Virus record (IMG/VR): IMGVR_UViG_3300010885_081999
Location: 39,726 to 103,725 of that record
From: a virus
Length of the DNA: 64,000 bases
Reading direction: 5' to 3' (one strand)
Shown here: one piece after another, positions 39,528 to 48,280 of the stretch
Numbering within the stretch: position 1 is the stretch's first letter
How the letters are laid out: every line of letters starts with the position of its first letter
Made by a program: the position numbers and the translations under genes
The notes under the pieces: model-generated
Told to the model about the DNA's origin: nothing
Database searches by the model: none
The model's input: only the letters and a program-made list of their open reading frames with translations

Positions 39528-39779
39528 TTACTCAGATGAGATGCTTCCGCTCTTAACTAGGCTTGTGTTCATTTCTTCCATCGCTTTCTTTAGCGATTCC
39601 GGTCCAGCGTTGCCTGATCTGACGATGGGATCGAAGAGATTGTCGTACGTCCGCAGGAGGAAGTCCTCCGTGTGTGCCTTCACAGCTCGACGTTCCTCTG
39701 GGGTCGATGCCCTGTCGAGTATCATCTTGAAGTGAGGATTCTCACGAAGCATCTTCAACATTTCTTCACGTGACACCAT
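39528..39779 (-). CDS. Hypothetical protein
   Basis: Fills the gap in the operon; AGGTG RBS. Confidence 0.6.
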   Translation of the reverse strand: MVSREEMLKMLRENPHFKMILDRASTPEERRAVKAHTEDFLLRTYDNLFDPIVRSGNAGPESLKKAMEEMNTSLVKSGSISSE

Positions 39780-39792
39780 TTCTATTCACCTT

Positions 39793-42700
39793 TCATGTAA
39801 CACTGCGTGCGATGAGGCCGTGGCCGCCAGCAGACGAGAGAGATGCAGGGGTCGGCTTGTTTTCGCCATTGCCATTGCCGAGTGCAAAGTTGATTCTATC
39901 ACGTATGATGGAGTTGGAACGATATACGATTGCCCTTTCGACCTTGTCAGCGTCCATCGTCACAGTGAAGGAGACGTTGATGACGACTTCCTTGCTCTGC
40001 ACCGTGTAGACGCCGCTGCTTCCCAGACCCAGCTTGCCTGCGGCCTCACCCATCCTCGCTGAGAGGTTTATCTTGGGAAGCTTGGTGAGAGAATCGTCGA
40101 TCTTCTGGATGAGACTGACCATCGCCTCGAAGTCTTTGATCGACTTCTGCGCAGCTGCGATGGGGAGGTTCGAGAAATCCTTGCTCGTGATCGCTTCCAT
40201 GATGGGTCGAATGTGTTCGGGAAGGACCTTGATCTGATAGGCTATTCCTGCTGCCTCTTCGTTGAGAGCCCAGATCTTTCCCGTGAGTCCCTTCGATTTT
40301 TCTGCCTGCTCGCCCAGGGAGTTCATTGATGTGAGAAGAGAGGTGAGCCGCGTCGCGACGTCGAGGGTCTTCTTTCCCGTGTCTGCCGTGAGAGTCTTTC
40401 CGATCTCGTTCAGGTTGACGATTATCTCTTGGAGCGGGTTCTTGCCGTAGTCTGAGACGAGGCGCCCGAGGAACGTCTTGATGTTGCCCACTGAACCGAG
40501 GATCGCGTCGACCGGAGCAGGACCTCCTGACGTGGCCGCACCGGACAGCTTGCTGGAGAGTTCGGGAATCTTGCCGAGGAACTCGAATAGTTTCAGACCG
40601 ACGTCGAGCGTCTCCTTGAACTTCGCGTCGGTCGGTACTGACTTCACGACGTCGATCATCGCCTTCACGAGAGGCCCTGCCTCTTGCTTGATGCCGTTGA
40701 CGAGCTGCATGATCGAAGGAACGGCGGCAGTGATCGCGCTGACGGTCGCGGGATTGATGTCGCCTTCCGGCTTCTTACCGCCCACGGCGTGTGAGATCGC
40801 AGTCACGAGGTCGGTGATCATCTTGATGATCTTCGTGGCCATCTCGATGGAGGCAGGCGACGCTTCAGTCGCACCTCCAGAGGGAGGCGGCGTTGCAGCC
40901 TGCTGTGCGACGGCGTTCGGTGCAGCAGCTGACTGAGGAGCGAGAGAGTTCATCTGCTTGCTCATGTCCTTCGCCTCGACGACTGTCTTGTCGAACGCCT
41001 TGCCTGCGTTCTTCGGGATCTGAGACATCGACTTGTCCATACCCTCGGTGATGTTGTCTCCTATCTCCTCGAACACCTTGGAGGGCGAAGCAATCTTGAA
41101 GATCTTCTTGGCGACAGTGATGAGGTCCTTGAACGGGCCTACGTCTGCGAGCTTGCCGAGGGATTCTTTGATGGAGTCGATGAGATTGACGAAGACGCTC
41201 TTGACGTTTTCCCAATTGAAGATCTTCCTGATCTCGGCTATCACGTCAGTGAAGGGCTTCGTGAGCTTGCCCAAGACCTCGGCGCCCCAGGCGACGAACT
41301 TGCCGGGAAGCTCTGAGAACACGGTCCAGACGTATTCTCCTGCAGCCTTGAGTCGGTCCATCGCCGTGGTCCCTGGTGCTGTCAAGATCTTGACGAGGTC
41401 TTCACCGATCTTCTTTATGTTCTTGACGAGGCCGGTGATCGTGCTCCAGACCACATCGACCTGTGCTTCGATCATCCTGAAGGGCGTGAGAACGATGTTG
41501 GTGAGAGTGTCCCAATTAGACTTGATGAATTCGATGACTTTCGAAACGATGTCCTTGAGGAAATTGAAGGGGGCGACGATCAATGCGAGCACTGCACTGC
41601 CCCAATACTTGATGAAGTCCACGACAGGCGATATCACCTTGTTCATCAAGAAGTCGAACGCCACCTTCGCAGCCTTCCACATCATCCTGTAGGGGAACGT
41701 GAGGACGTCAAGGATCGTCGGGCCCCACTCCATCAGCTTGTTGACGACCGGGTTTATCACGCTGTCCATCAGGAAATCGAACGCTGCCTTTACAGCCTTC
41801 CACATCATCCTGTAAGGCCAGGTTAGGAAGTCGAGGACCTTAGGTCCCCATTCCACCACCTTGTCGAACAGAGGCTTGATGGCGACGTCCCACACGGCTT
41901 CGATCACAGTCTTCACGAAAGCATAAGCTAGTCTGTAGGGAAGCGTGAGCCACTCGAAGAGCTGCTTTCCCCACTCCATGATCTTCGTGCCGAGGGCCGA
42001 TATTGCGTCCCAGGCAGGCTTCACGAAATCGATGACTGCGTCGAACACCTTCTTGATCTTGTCGCCGAGGCCCTTGAAGGAATCGGCGAGCGGTGCTGTC
42101 GCCTCGTTCGCAGACTGCAGCCCGAAGAAGATCTTGATCTTCCTTATCGCACCCTCGAAAGGAGCGAGGATGGCTGGGAGAATCTTGCTGAAGACCTCCC
42201 CTGCGGAGTCGACGATGCTGTTGAACAGCGTCTTGAAACCCTCAGCACTGAAGTTCTTCTTGATCCAGGCCCATGCATTGCTGGGTCCTTCGATGAAGAC
42301 CTTCTCGACGAGCTTCACGATCTTGTCAGCACTCTCATTGAATGCCTTCTCCAGCTCGACGATCTTGTCCTTCATGTTCTCCATGAAGGATTTCTCGGAG
42401 TTCCACGAGAAGATGATGTTGAAGAACTTACGAAGCATCTTGTAAGGCTCCTCGATGATTGCGACGAGGTCCTTGAACCATCCGATGATGCTACTGAAGA
42501 ATCCTCCTCCCTCTTTCGATCCGGAGGTGAAGAAAGTCGTCATCGCGGTCCAGGCCTTCTTGAAGAACTCGGCGATGTCGATCTTCTTGAGGATGTCCTG
42601 AAGCCATCCAAACATGTCGGCGATCTTGTTCTGTATGTCACCAAGTTTGTGGAACAAATCTGCCATGAGACCAAACAGGGGTCCAATGATAGGAATATTC

Positions 42701-45564
42701 TCAAGGGCTTGGAATAGGTCTCCGACCTTATTGAACAACCAGCCTGTCATCTTGTAGAAGCCTTGAAACATATAGACGCCAAGCTGGACGATCAACTTTG
42801 GAACCTCGATCTCTAGAAATTCCCAGCCCCAAATGATGGCCTTGAGAATGCCTTCCCCGATGTCCTTGAGGGCCTTTTCGGTCTTCGCAGAGTCTCCGTT
42901 CCAGAGACCAGAAATGAGGTTTCCTAATCCACCGAAGATCTGGAAGTAAGCAGCGAGGCGCTCCTTCATGCTCTTCGCTAGTCCAGGGCCGAACCACTTG
43001 TCCAACACCTTCGTCAAAGAGTCTGACATCGATGCTATGCCTTCGGCGATCTTTCCCTGGAAGCTCTCGGGTATGAGACCGAAGGTGAGCGTGTTGATGA
43101 GACCCGTCGTTCCTGCGGCTATCTTTGCCGTCGCAGGATCGAAGCCCTTCTTCTCGAGGACGCCGGCGTACTTGTCGATTGCTGCTCCGACGTCGACTGC
43201 GGCCGTGGCGATGGCAGCGACTAATGCAGCTTTGCCCAAGAGCTTTCCGGCGGCGCCCTGCATGAACGTGCCGACTGAACTGTACATTCCTTCCAGACCA
43301 CTCGTCAGCTTCGCCACGAAGGGACCGGATTCCGCCAATGCAACTTCTGACCCTCCCGATATGGAGTGCATCAGAGCTTTGCCCAAAGAATTCGTCAAGA
43401 CGCTAGTGACACCGCCGAGGAGACCCTTCAGAGCGGCCGGGGCCACGACAAACAACAGTCCGGTCTTCAGTGCCTCCCATCCCCACTTCATGATGTATGG
43501 TTTTACGTTCTCCCACAACACCTTGAACATGTCCGAGAGAGCAGGTACCAACTTATCCTTGACCTCCATGAAGAGCGCGATGAGCGGTTGTGCCCATGCA
43601 GGTGCTCCGCCGCCGAGATTGACTCCTGCCTTCTTCGGGTCCTTTAGGAAATCGAAGAGTTTCGGTATGAATGCCGTCACCTTCGGGATGATCTTCACCA
43701 ATTCGTCTACTATCCAGATTCCCAACTGGGAAATGATGGCGATTACTGCAGTACCGAATTTCTTGAATCCGTCGAGGAGTTGACCTGCGCCTGCCCCGCC
43801 GGCCCCGAGGAACTGATCAAAAATCTTCTTGATCGAGTTCATGAAATCTCCGATCGCAGCAGGTCCTCCCTTCTTGAGAATGTTGAATGAATTGATGATG
43901 CCGCCGAACAGTGCGGAGAATCGTCCTGGATCGAACAGCTTGGTCAGGCCTCCGAGAATGTCCTTGATGCCCGGGAACACTTCGACGAACATCTTTCCCA
44001 GCTTGTAGCCGAATTGGTAAGACAGCATGAGAACCCTGTTGAGGCCCATCATCAGCTGACGGAATTCCTTTGTGTTCTGGATTCCTGCCGTGAATCCCTC
44101 CATGATGCGGCCCATGATGCTGTTCGAGCCGCCGCCACCACCGCTGGGTACGATCCTCTTGATGGAGTCTGCGAGCTCCTTCATCGCGTCGGCCTGCGAG
44201 AGGACCTGCTTCTCGTTCTTGTCGGCCTGCTTCGACATCTTGTCGAACGTCGCACCTGCGTCCTTGTTCGCGATCATCGCGTTGAGGGCCTCGTCGGTCA
44301 TTCCCGACTGGGCCTTGATGAAGTCGCGGTCCTGTGCGGAGAGGTTCTTCAGGTCCTTGCCTGCCGCCTTGAAGCCCTTCGCGACGATCGCGAACTTCTC
44401 GGCGGGGTTCTGGGCCATCATCACCTCGGTTGCGTCGATGTTGGTGCCGTACTGTTCGTTGAGCTTGCCCATTCCCTCGGCGGCCTGATCGAACGTCTTC
44501 GTGGCGTCCATCATGCTCGTGAGCTTGTCCACCGAGATGCCCATCTTGTTCGCGAAGGCAGCAGCGAGGCCCATCTCCTTCGTGGAGAGGTGGCCGAAGT
44601 GGGCCAGGTCCTGCATTGCCTTGCCCATGTCCTTCGAGACGACCTTCGCATTGACGCCGAAGGCCTTAGACATACCGAGCGCTTGCTTCGTCATCTCGTT
44701 CTGGACGTCGGCAATTCCCTTGCCCATCCTCATTGCGTTGGACGCGAGGGAGCCCATCTGCTCGTCGGTGAGACCCAGGCCGCGCTGATAGCGCATGATC
44801 GCCTCACCGTTTTGCTTGATCTCTCCCTGGAAGACCTGGAACGTCGCACCCATTCCGGCGGCGAGTTTGTTGACCTCCTCGATCCTCTGGGCGAGGTTGC
44901 CGAAGACTCTGAAGGCGGACACTCCGCTGCTGTCCAGCTTGCCCATTCCCTTGGCGACGTCGATGACGGTGGATGCTGACTCAGACTTGAGGGACCCGAA
45001 CTGCTCTCTCACGTTCTCGTAGGCCTGGGCCAGCTCGCTTCCGCCGCCGCCCTTGCCCGCCATGTCGAAGAGCTTACCCATCATCTTGAAGGGGATCGCC
45101 AGGATGGCTTTACCGACGCTCCAAGCACCCGATGCGATGCTGCCGAAAAACCCCAAGACGCTCTTCGTCAAAGCAGCGAAGTTCTTGAAGCCTTGCACCA
45201 TGCCGTCGAGTGCTGCCGTGGCGATGATGAGACCCGAAGTCAACTTCGACTTCATCGCCTTACCGAGAGCCTCTGCCGCCTTCTGTGCGGCAGTCATCTC
45301 GGTCTTGTTCTCCTTGACCTTCCTCGTCGCCTTGTCCCAGGTCGCGGCGTCCATCGCAGCGCAGTCCTGCTTGCACATGGCAGCCATGCTCTTCGTCACA
45401 GCCTCCATCGCATCCTTCATCTGAAGGATAATCTTCAGCTGCTGGTCGAATGCAGACGTGACTGACGTGGAGGCCTCGCGGGCCGACTTCATCGCCGCGG
45501 CGAGTGCTTCCGCCTGTTTCGGGTCTATTCCGGTGCCTCCACCGCCGCCTTCACCAATAGCCAT
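39793..45564 (-). CDS. Tail tape measure protein
   Basis: 1923 aa, helical and Ala/Gly-rich, periodic W/F repeats, follows tube and chaperone genes. Confidence 0.88.
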   Translation of the reverse strand: MAIGEGGGGGTGIDPKQAEALAAAMKSAREASTSVTSAFDQQLKIILQMKDAMEAVTKSMAAMCKQDCAAMDAATWDKATRKVKENKTEMTAAQKAAEALGKAMKSKLTSGLIIATAALDGMVQGFKNFAALTKSVLGFFGSIASGAWSVGKAILAIPFKMMGKLFDMAGKGGGGSELAQAYENVREQFGSLKSESASTVIDVAKGMGKLDSSGVSAFRVFGNLAQRIEEVNKLAAGMGATFQVFQGEIKQNGEAIMRYQRGLGLTDEQMGSLASNAMRMGKGIADVQNEMTKQALGMSKAFGVNAKVVSKDMGKAMQDLAHFGHLSTKEMGLAAAFANKMGISVDKLTSMMDATKTFDQAAEGMGKLNEQYGTNIDATEVMMAQNPAEKFAIVAKGFKAAGKDLKNLSAQDRDFIKAQSGMTDEALNAMIANKDAGATFDKMSKQADKNEKQVLSQADAMKELADSIKRIVPSGGGGGSNSIMGRIMEGFTAGIQNTKEFRQLMMGLNRVLMLSYQFGYKLGKMFVEVFPGIKDILGGLTKLFDPGRFSALFGGIINSFNILKKGGPAAIGDFMNSIKKIFDQFLGAGGAGAGQLLDGFKKFGTAVIAIISQLGIWIVDELVKIIPKVTAFIPKLFDFLKDPKKAGVNLGGGAPAWAQPLIALFMEVKDKLVPALSDMFKVLWENVKPYIMKWGWEALKTGLLFVVAPAALKGLLGGVTSVLTNSLGKALMHSISGGSEVALAESGPFVAKLTSGLEGMYSSVGTFMQGAAGKLLGKAALVAAIATAAVDVGAAIDKYAGVLEKKGFDPATAKIAAGTTGLINTLTFGLIPESFQGKIAEGIASMSDSLTKVLDKWFGPGLAKSMKERLAAYFQIFGGLGNLISGLWNGDSAKTEKALKDIGEGILKAIIWGWEFLEIEVPKLIVQLGVYMFQGFYKMTGWLFNKVGDLFQALENIPIIGPLFGLMADLFHKLGDIQNKIADMFGWLQDILKKIDIAEFFKKAWTAMTTFFTSGSKEGGGFFSSIIGWFKDLVAIIEEPYKMLRKFFNIIFSWNSEKSFMENMKDKIVELEKAFNESADKIVKLVEKVFIEGPSNAWAWIKKNFSAEGFKTLFNSIVDSAGEVFSKILPAILAPFEGAIRKIKIFFGLQSANEATAPLADSFKGLGDKIKKVFDAVIDFVKPAWDAISALGTKIMEWGKQLFEWLTLPYRLAYAFVKTVIEAVWDVAIKPLFDKVVEWGPKVLDFLTWPYRMMWKAVKAAFDFLMDSVINPVVNKLMEWGPTILDVLTFPYRMMWKAAKVAFDFLMNKVISPVVDFIKYWGSAVLALIVAPFNFLKDIVSKVIEFIKSNWDTLTNIVLTPFRMIEAQVDVVWSTITGLVKNIKKIGEDLVKILTAPGTTAMDRLKAAGEYVWTVFSELPGKFVAWGAEVLGKLTKPFTDVIAEIRKIFNWENVKSVFVNLIDSIKESLGKLADVGPFKDLITVAKKIFKIASPSKVFEEIGDNITEGMDKSMSQIPKNAGKAFDKTVVEAKDMSKQMNSLAPQSAAAPNAVAQQAATPPPSGGATEASPASIEMATKIIKMITDLVTAISHAVGGKKPEGDINPATVSAITAAVPSIMQLVNGIKQEAGPLVKAMIDVVKSVPTDAKFKETLDVGLKLFEFLGKIPELSSKLSGAATSGGPAPVDAILGSVGNIKTFLGRLVSDYGKNPLQEIIVNLNEIGKTLTADTGKKTLDVATRLTSLLTSMNSLGEQAEKSKGLTGKIWALNEEAAGIAYQIKVLPEHIRPIMEAITSKDFSNLPIAAAQKSIKDFEAMVSLIQKIDDSLTKLPKINLSARMGEAAGKLGLGSSGVYTVQSKEVVINVSFTVTMDADKVERAIVYRSNSIIRDRINFALGNGNGENKPTPASLSSAGGHGLIARSVT

Positions 45565-45577
45565 GGTTCAACACCGA

Positions 45578-45871
45578 TCAAAGGGGCCAACGAACGCCGA
45601 GTACTCTTTCGAACTCGGAAGCAGACATCTGCTTGATCCTCAGCTTCTCCATGACGCTTTCGACGGAAGCACCAGGACGATTCAACTCTTCCTGGAACTT
45701 CCTCGAAGACATCAGGGCATTTGACACTGCAGTGATCTCGTCGTGACTTCCCCTTATCTTGGTGTTGACGAGCTTGCCCACAAGCCACGCGCCGAGGGAT
45801 GCGATGAACATCTTGCCCGTGAGACTGAGGTATGCTCCCTCATTCAGTGTGTCGTCTTTGCGTGATTCCAT
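45578..45871 (-). CDS. Hypothetical protein
   Basis: GAGGAG RBS; N-terminal TLNE. Confidence 0.65.
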   Translation of the reverse strand: MESRKDDTLNEGAYLSLTGKMFIASLGAWLVGKLVNTKIRGSHDEITAVSNALMSSRKFQEELNRPGASVESVMEKLRIKQMSASEFERVLGVRWPL

Positions 45872-45934
45872 TGCAGTGATCGCTCCTCTTGATGCTGTAA
45901 ATAAGAGGGAACCGTCAAAAGATGCCAACACTTT

Positions 45935-46207
45935 TCAAGTGAATCTTCGAAGTCTCGAGGGCGACTGCTCCCTGTTTCGACCCATCAGAGAACGAGTCTC
46001 TGGATCGTTCTGGTGAAGGGCCCGACTCTGTGTCTGGCCCGACTCACTCGTCCTCGTCAACTCCCTGTTGATCCTCTCGATGAACCAGCGCTTGTAGAAG
46101 ACGGGCATGTGCGTCGTCTCCCTCCATGTGAATCCTCCATAGTACATCAGGAGGAACGCTGGCTCGAGGATGAGTTGTTCTCTATCTGCCGGCTGAAGGC
46201 CAAAGAA
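45935..46207 (-). CDS. Tail assembly chaperone C-terminal extension, probably reached by frameshift
   Basis: Frame open from FFGLQPADREQLILEPAFLLMYYGGFTW..., overlapping the end of 46182..47063. Confidence 0.6.
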   Translation of the reverse strand, partial: FFGLQPADREQLILEPAFLLMYYGGFTWRETTHMPVFYKRWFIERINRELTRTSESGQTQSRALHQNDPETRSLMGRNREQSPSRLRRFT

Positions 46208-47063
46208 AGGAGACGCCGAGAGGCATGCTCACTTCCTCCGTGTGACCACACGCGTTGCACGTGGAGTCCTGCTTCATGATGATGCCGGGCTCGTTGTCCT
46301 TCATGTAGTTCCTCAGGGCGAGAGAGTCCCTCGCAGGCATCGCCTTGACGAAGTTGGCGATCTTGGCCCTGTCTTCGACGCCGTCGATCGACACGATCGA
46401 ATAGAGGAGGTTCGTCGTGACGTTCGACTCCGTCGAGAGACCCAGCTTCTTCTGCTTCTGACCCATCTGCATGATCTCTTCCTCGTCGCGACCTGTCATG
46501 AACTTGAACTTGACGACCTTCTTGCTGAAAGGAAGGAGGAAGTCGAAGAGGTTCTGGCCTGGGATCGAGGGATCGATCTCGAGGCGCTTGATGGGAAGCG
46601 AGGCGAGGTCGAAGTCGTGGGGCGACTTCACGGAGCACTCAGGGCACTCCAGCTCCACTGCGTACTCCGGGCCGTAGCCCGTGACGCGGATCGCGACCAT
46701 CAGAGCGTTCCTGTCGCCGCTCAAGAGGTCGAGGACGTTCATCGAACGGTCCACGAGGCAGCTCTTGATGAGCTCCGTGATGACAGTGCCCTTCTTGAGG
46801 AGGGCCTGGGAGGTGAGGATGTCCTCCTCACGGGCAGTCATCGCCCTGATCTCCACGGCATCGACGCCGTAGAAGGAGGACGCCTGCGGATAGACCTTTC
46901 CGCTCGAGGGAAGCGGCACAAGCTCGTGAGGAACGTCGAGACCGAAATCTGCCTTCACCTTGTCTGCCTGCGTGATCTTTGGCATGCGAGGATCGATGCC
47001 TGCAGGCACGCCCTGCGTCGGAGTTGCGAAAACTGCGTTCTTCTGTTCTCTATCGTCGGACAT
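46182..47063 (-). CDS. Baseplate hub assembly protein / tail chaperone (T4 gp26-like)
   Basis: LPS.G..Y, MTAREEDIL, GDRNAL, CPEC and CNAC, ends FLWP; between tube and tape measure. Confidence 0.7.
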   Translation of the reverse strand: MSDDREQKNAVFATPTQGVPAGIDPRMPKITQADKVKADFGLDVPHELVPLPSSGKVYPQASSFYGVDAVEIRAMTAREEDILTSQALLKKGTVITELIKSCLVDRSMNVLDLLSGDRNALMVAIRVTGYGPEYAVELECPECSVKSPHDFDLASLPIKRLEIDPSIPGQNLFDFLLPFSKKVVKFKFMTGRDEEEIMQMGQKQKKLGLSTESNVTTNLLYSIVSIDGVEDRAKIANFVKAMPARDSLALRNYMKDNEPGIIMKQDSTCNACGHTEEVSMPLGVSFLWPSAGR

Positions 47064-47221
47064 GTTGTTGGTCTTCTCCTGTGTCTACATGATAAACATC
47101 TGACACGTCAAGTAAATAGAGAAGCCCCAAAAAGGGTGCCCGTATTTCGATGTGTGTAACATCGACAAGATACTTCGGATTATTCTGAGACCGTCTGGCG
47201 ATGTACCGAATCCGCAGGACC

Positions 47222-47268
47222 AAAAGTCGAAGGGGTCCGAGGCAACGAGTGCCAGGGACCCCACCGAC
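47222..47268 (-). terminator. Probable terminator after tail tube
   Basis: GGGGTCC/GGACCCC extended hairpin followed by TTTT. Confidence 0.5.
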
Positions 47269-47293
47269 GAGAACGCTCGACAGTGTACTTGTA

Positions 47294-47785
47294 TCAGAAC
47301 TGCAACACGCAGTTGTCGAAGCGGAGGGTCATGGAGATTTCCATCGGACCGCCGTCTTCGTACGTCACTTCACCGAAGTTAGCCTCGGTGATGAATGCAC
47401 CCTTGATGTCCCAGAGCTCGACGACCGTACCGACGGGATCAAGCATCTTCAGCTGGATGTCACGCTTGTAGAAGTCGGCGTAGCCTGCGCGGCCGGAGAC
47501 CGACTCGAAGTGTGTGCGGACCCACTCCATCACCTGCTGTGCGCCTGAGGGAGCGATGGGGTCGTGGAGGGTGACCGCGATCGTTCCGAAGCTCGTCTTG
47601 CCCGCGAGGTACCTGCGGGAGTTGATGAACGGAACCTCGACCTCTTCGGTCGTGATCGTGGGGCGAGCTGAGGTCTTGATGATGTAGGCGTCGATGCCCT
47701 CGATCATGAGGACCCAGCGGTTCTTGCGCTTCGGCTCAAACTTGGCCGGAATCATCGATGTGACGTCAAGTGTCTCTGCGGGCAT
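47294..47785 (-). CDS. Tail tube protein (T4 gp19-like)
   Basis: FEPKR.NR, YLAGK, DPI.PSGAQ.VMEW, LDPVG.VVE.W..KGAF; follows the sheath genes. Confidence 0.85.
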   Translation of the reverse strand: MPAETLDVTSMIPAKFEPKRKNRWVLMIEGIDAYIIKTSARPTITTEEVEVPFINSRRYLAGKTSFGTIAVTLHDPIAPSGAQQVMEWVRTHFESVSGRAGYADFYKRDIQLKMLDPVGTVVELWDIKGAFITEANFGEVTYEDGGPMEISMTLRFDNCVLQF

Positions 47786-47809
47786 GTTGTTCTCCTGTTA
47801 TCCTAGCTG

Positions 47810-47816
47810 TAAGTAT
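47810..47816 (-). promoter_or_regulatory. Putative late-promoter motif ATA(C/G/T)TTA (representative copy, before tail tube)
   Basis: Recurs at 425, 9478, 9701, 11186, 15477, 18025, 18786, 21443, 27707, 29035, 51833, 54935, 58106, 58411, 63680 (minus) and 5415 (plus). Confidence 0.7.
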
Positions 47817-47856
47817 TCGTGTTCTACCAAAATTGCTCTGAAAATCGAGTGGGACT

Positions 47857-48201
47857 CTACACGGGTCCGTTTGCTTCTTTCCACGCCTCGAGGGCTGTGT
47901 CGATCTCGTGGTTCATGCCGCCCAGTCTGTCTTCGATGATCTGTACGGCGTTGGGATTTACTTCTGCGGCCTCGCCCGAGTCGAGGAGGTCGCGAAGCTG
48001 GTCTTGAACTGCTGCTCCGAGGGAGGCATAGCTCTCTGCGAAGTCTAGAAGCTCGACGGCGTCGAGGTCGTAGAGGCCTCCGTGTCCCGTGTCTCCGTAG
48101 GAAGACACAGCCTCGACGAGACGACGGTTCTGTTTCTTGAGAAGCGCAGTTGCGATCTCATCGTCCACCATTTCTTGAAGCTGTGTCCTTGTGATTCTCA
48201 C
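47857..48201 (-). CDS. Hypothetical protein with leader variant (M)RITRTQLQEMVDDEI
   Basis: AAGGA RBS before GTG 48201. Confidence 0.65.
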   Translation of the reverse strand: MRITRTQLQEMVDDEIATALLKKQNRRLVEAVSSYGDTGHGGLYDLDAVELLDFAESYASLGAAVQDQLRDLLDSGEAAEVNPNAVQIIEDRLGGMNHEIDTALEAWKEANGPV

Positions 48202-48280
48202 GGTTGTTCCTTTTGTCTCTACGAATATTCCCCGCAAATCCCGTCAGTAAACCGGTTGGGGATTTGCGGGGAATATCTCG

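Noticed and set aside
46147-46638. Alternative-frame ORF overlapping the chaperone, as a possible -1 frameshift product
   Set aside because: It stops at 46147 after a low-complexity tail; only the +1 frame connects to the downstream chaperone-like ORF.
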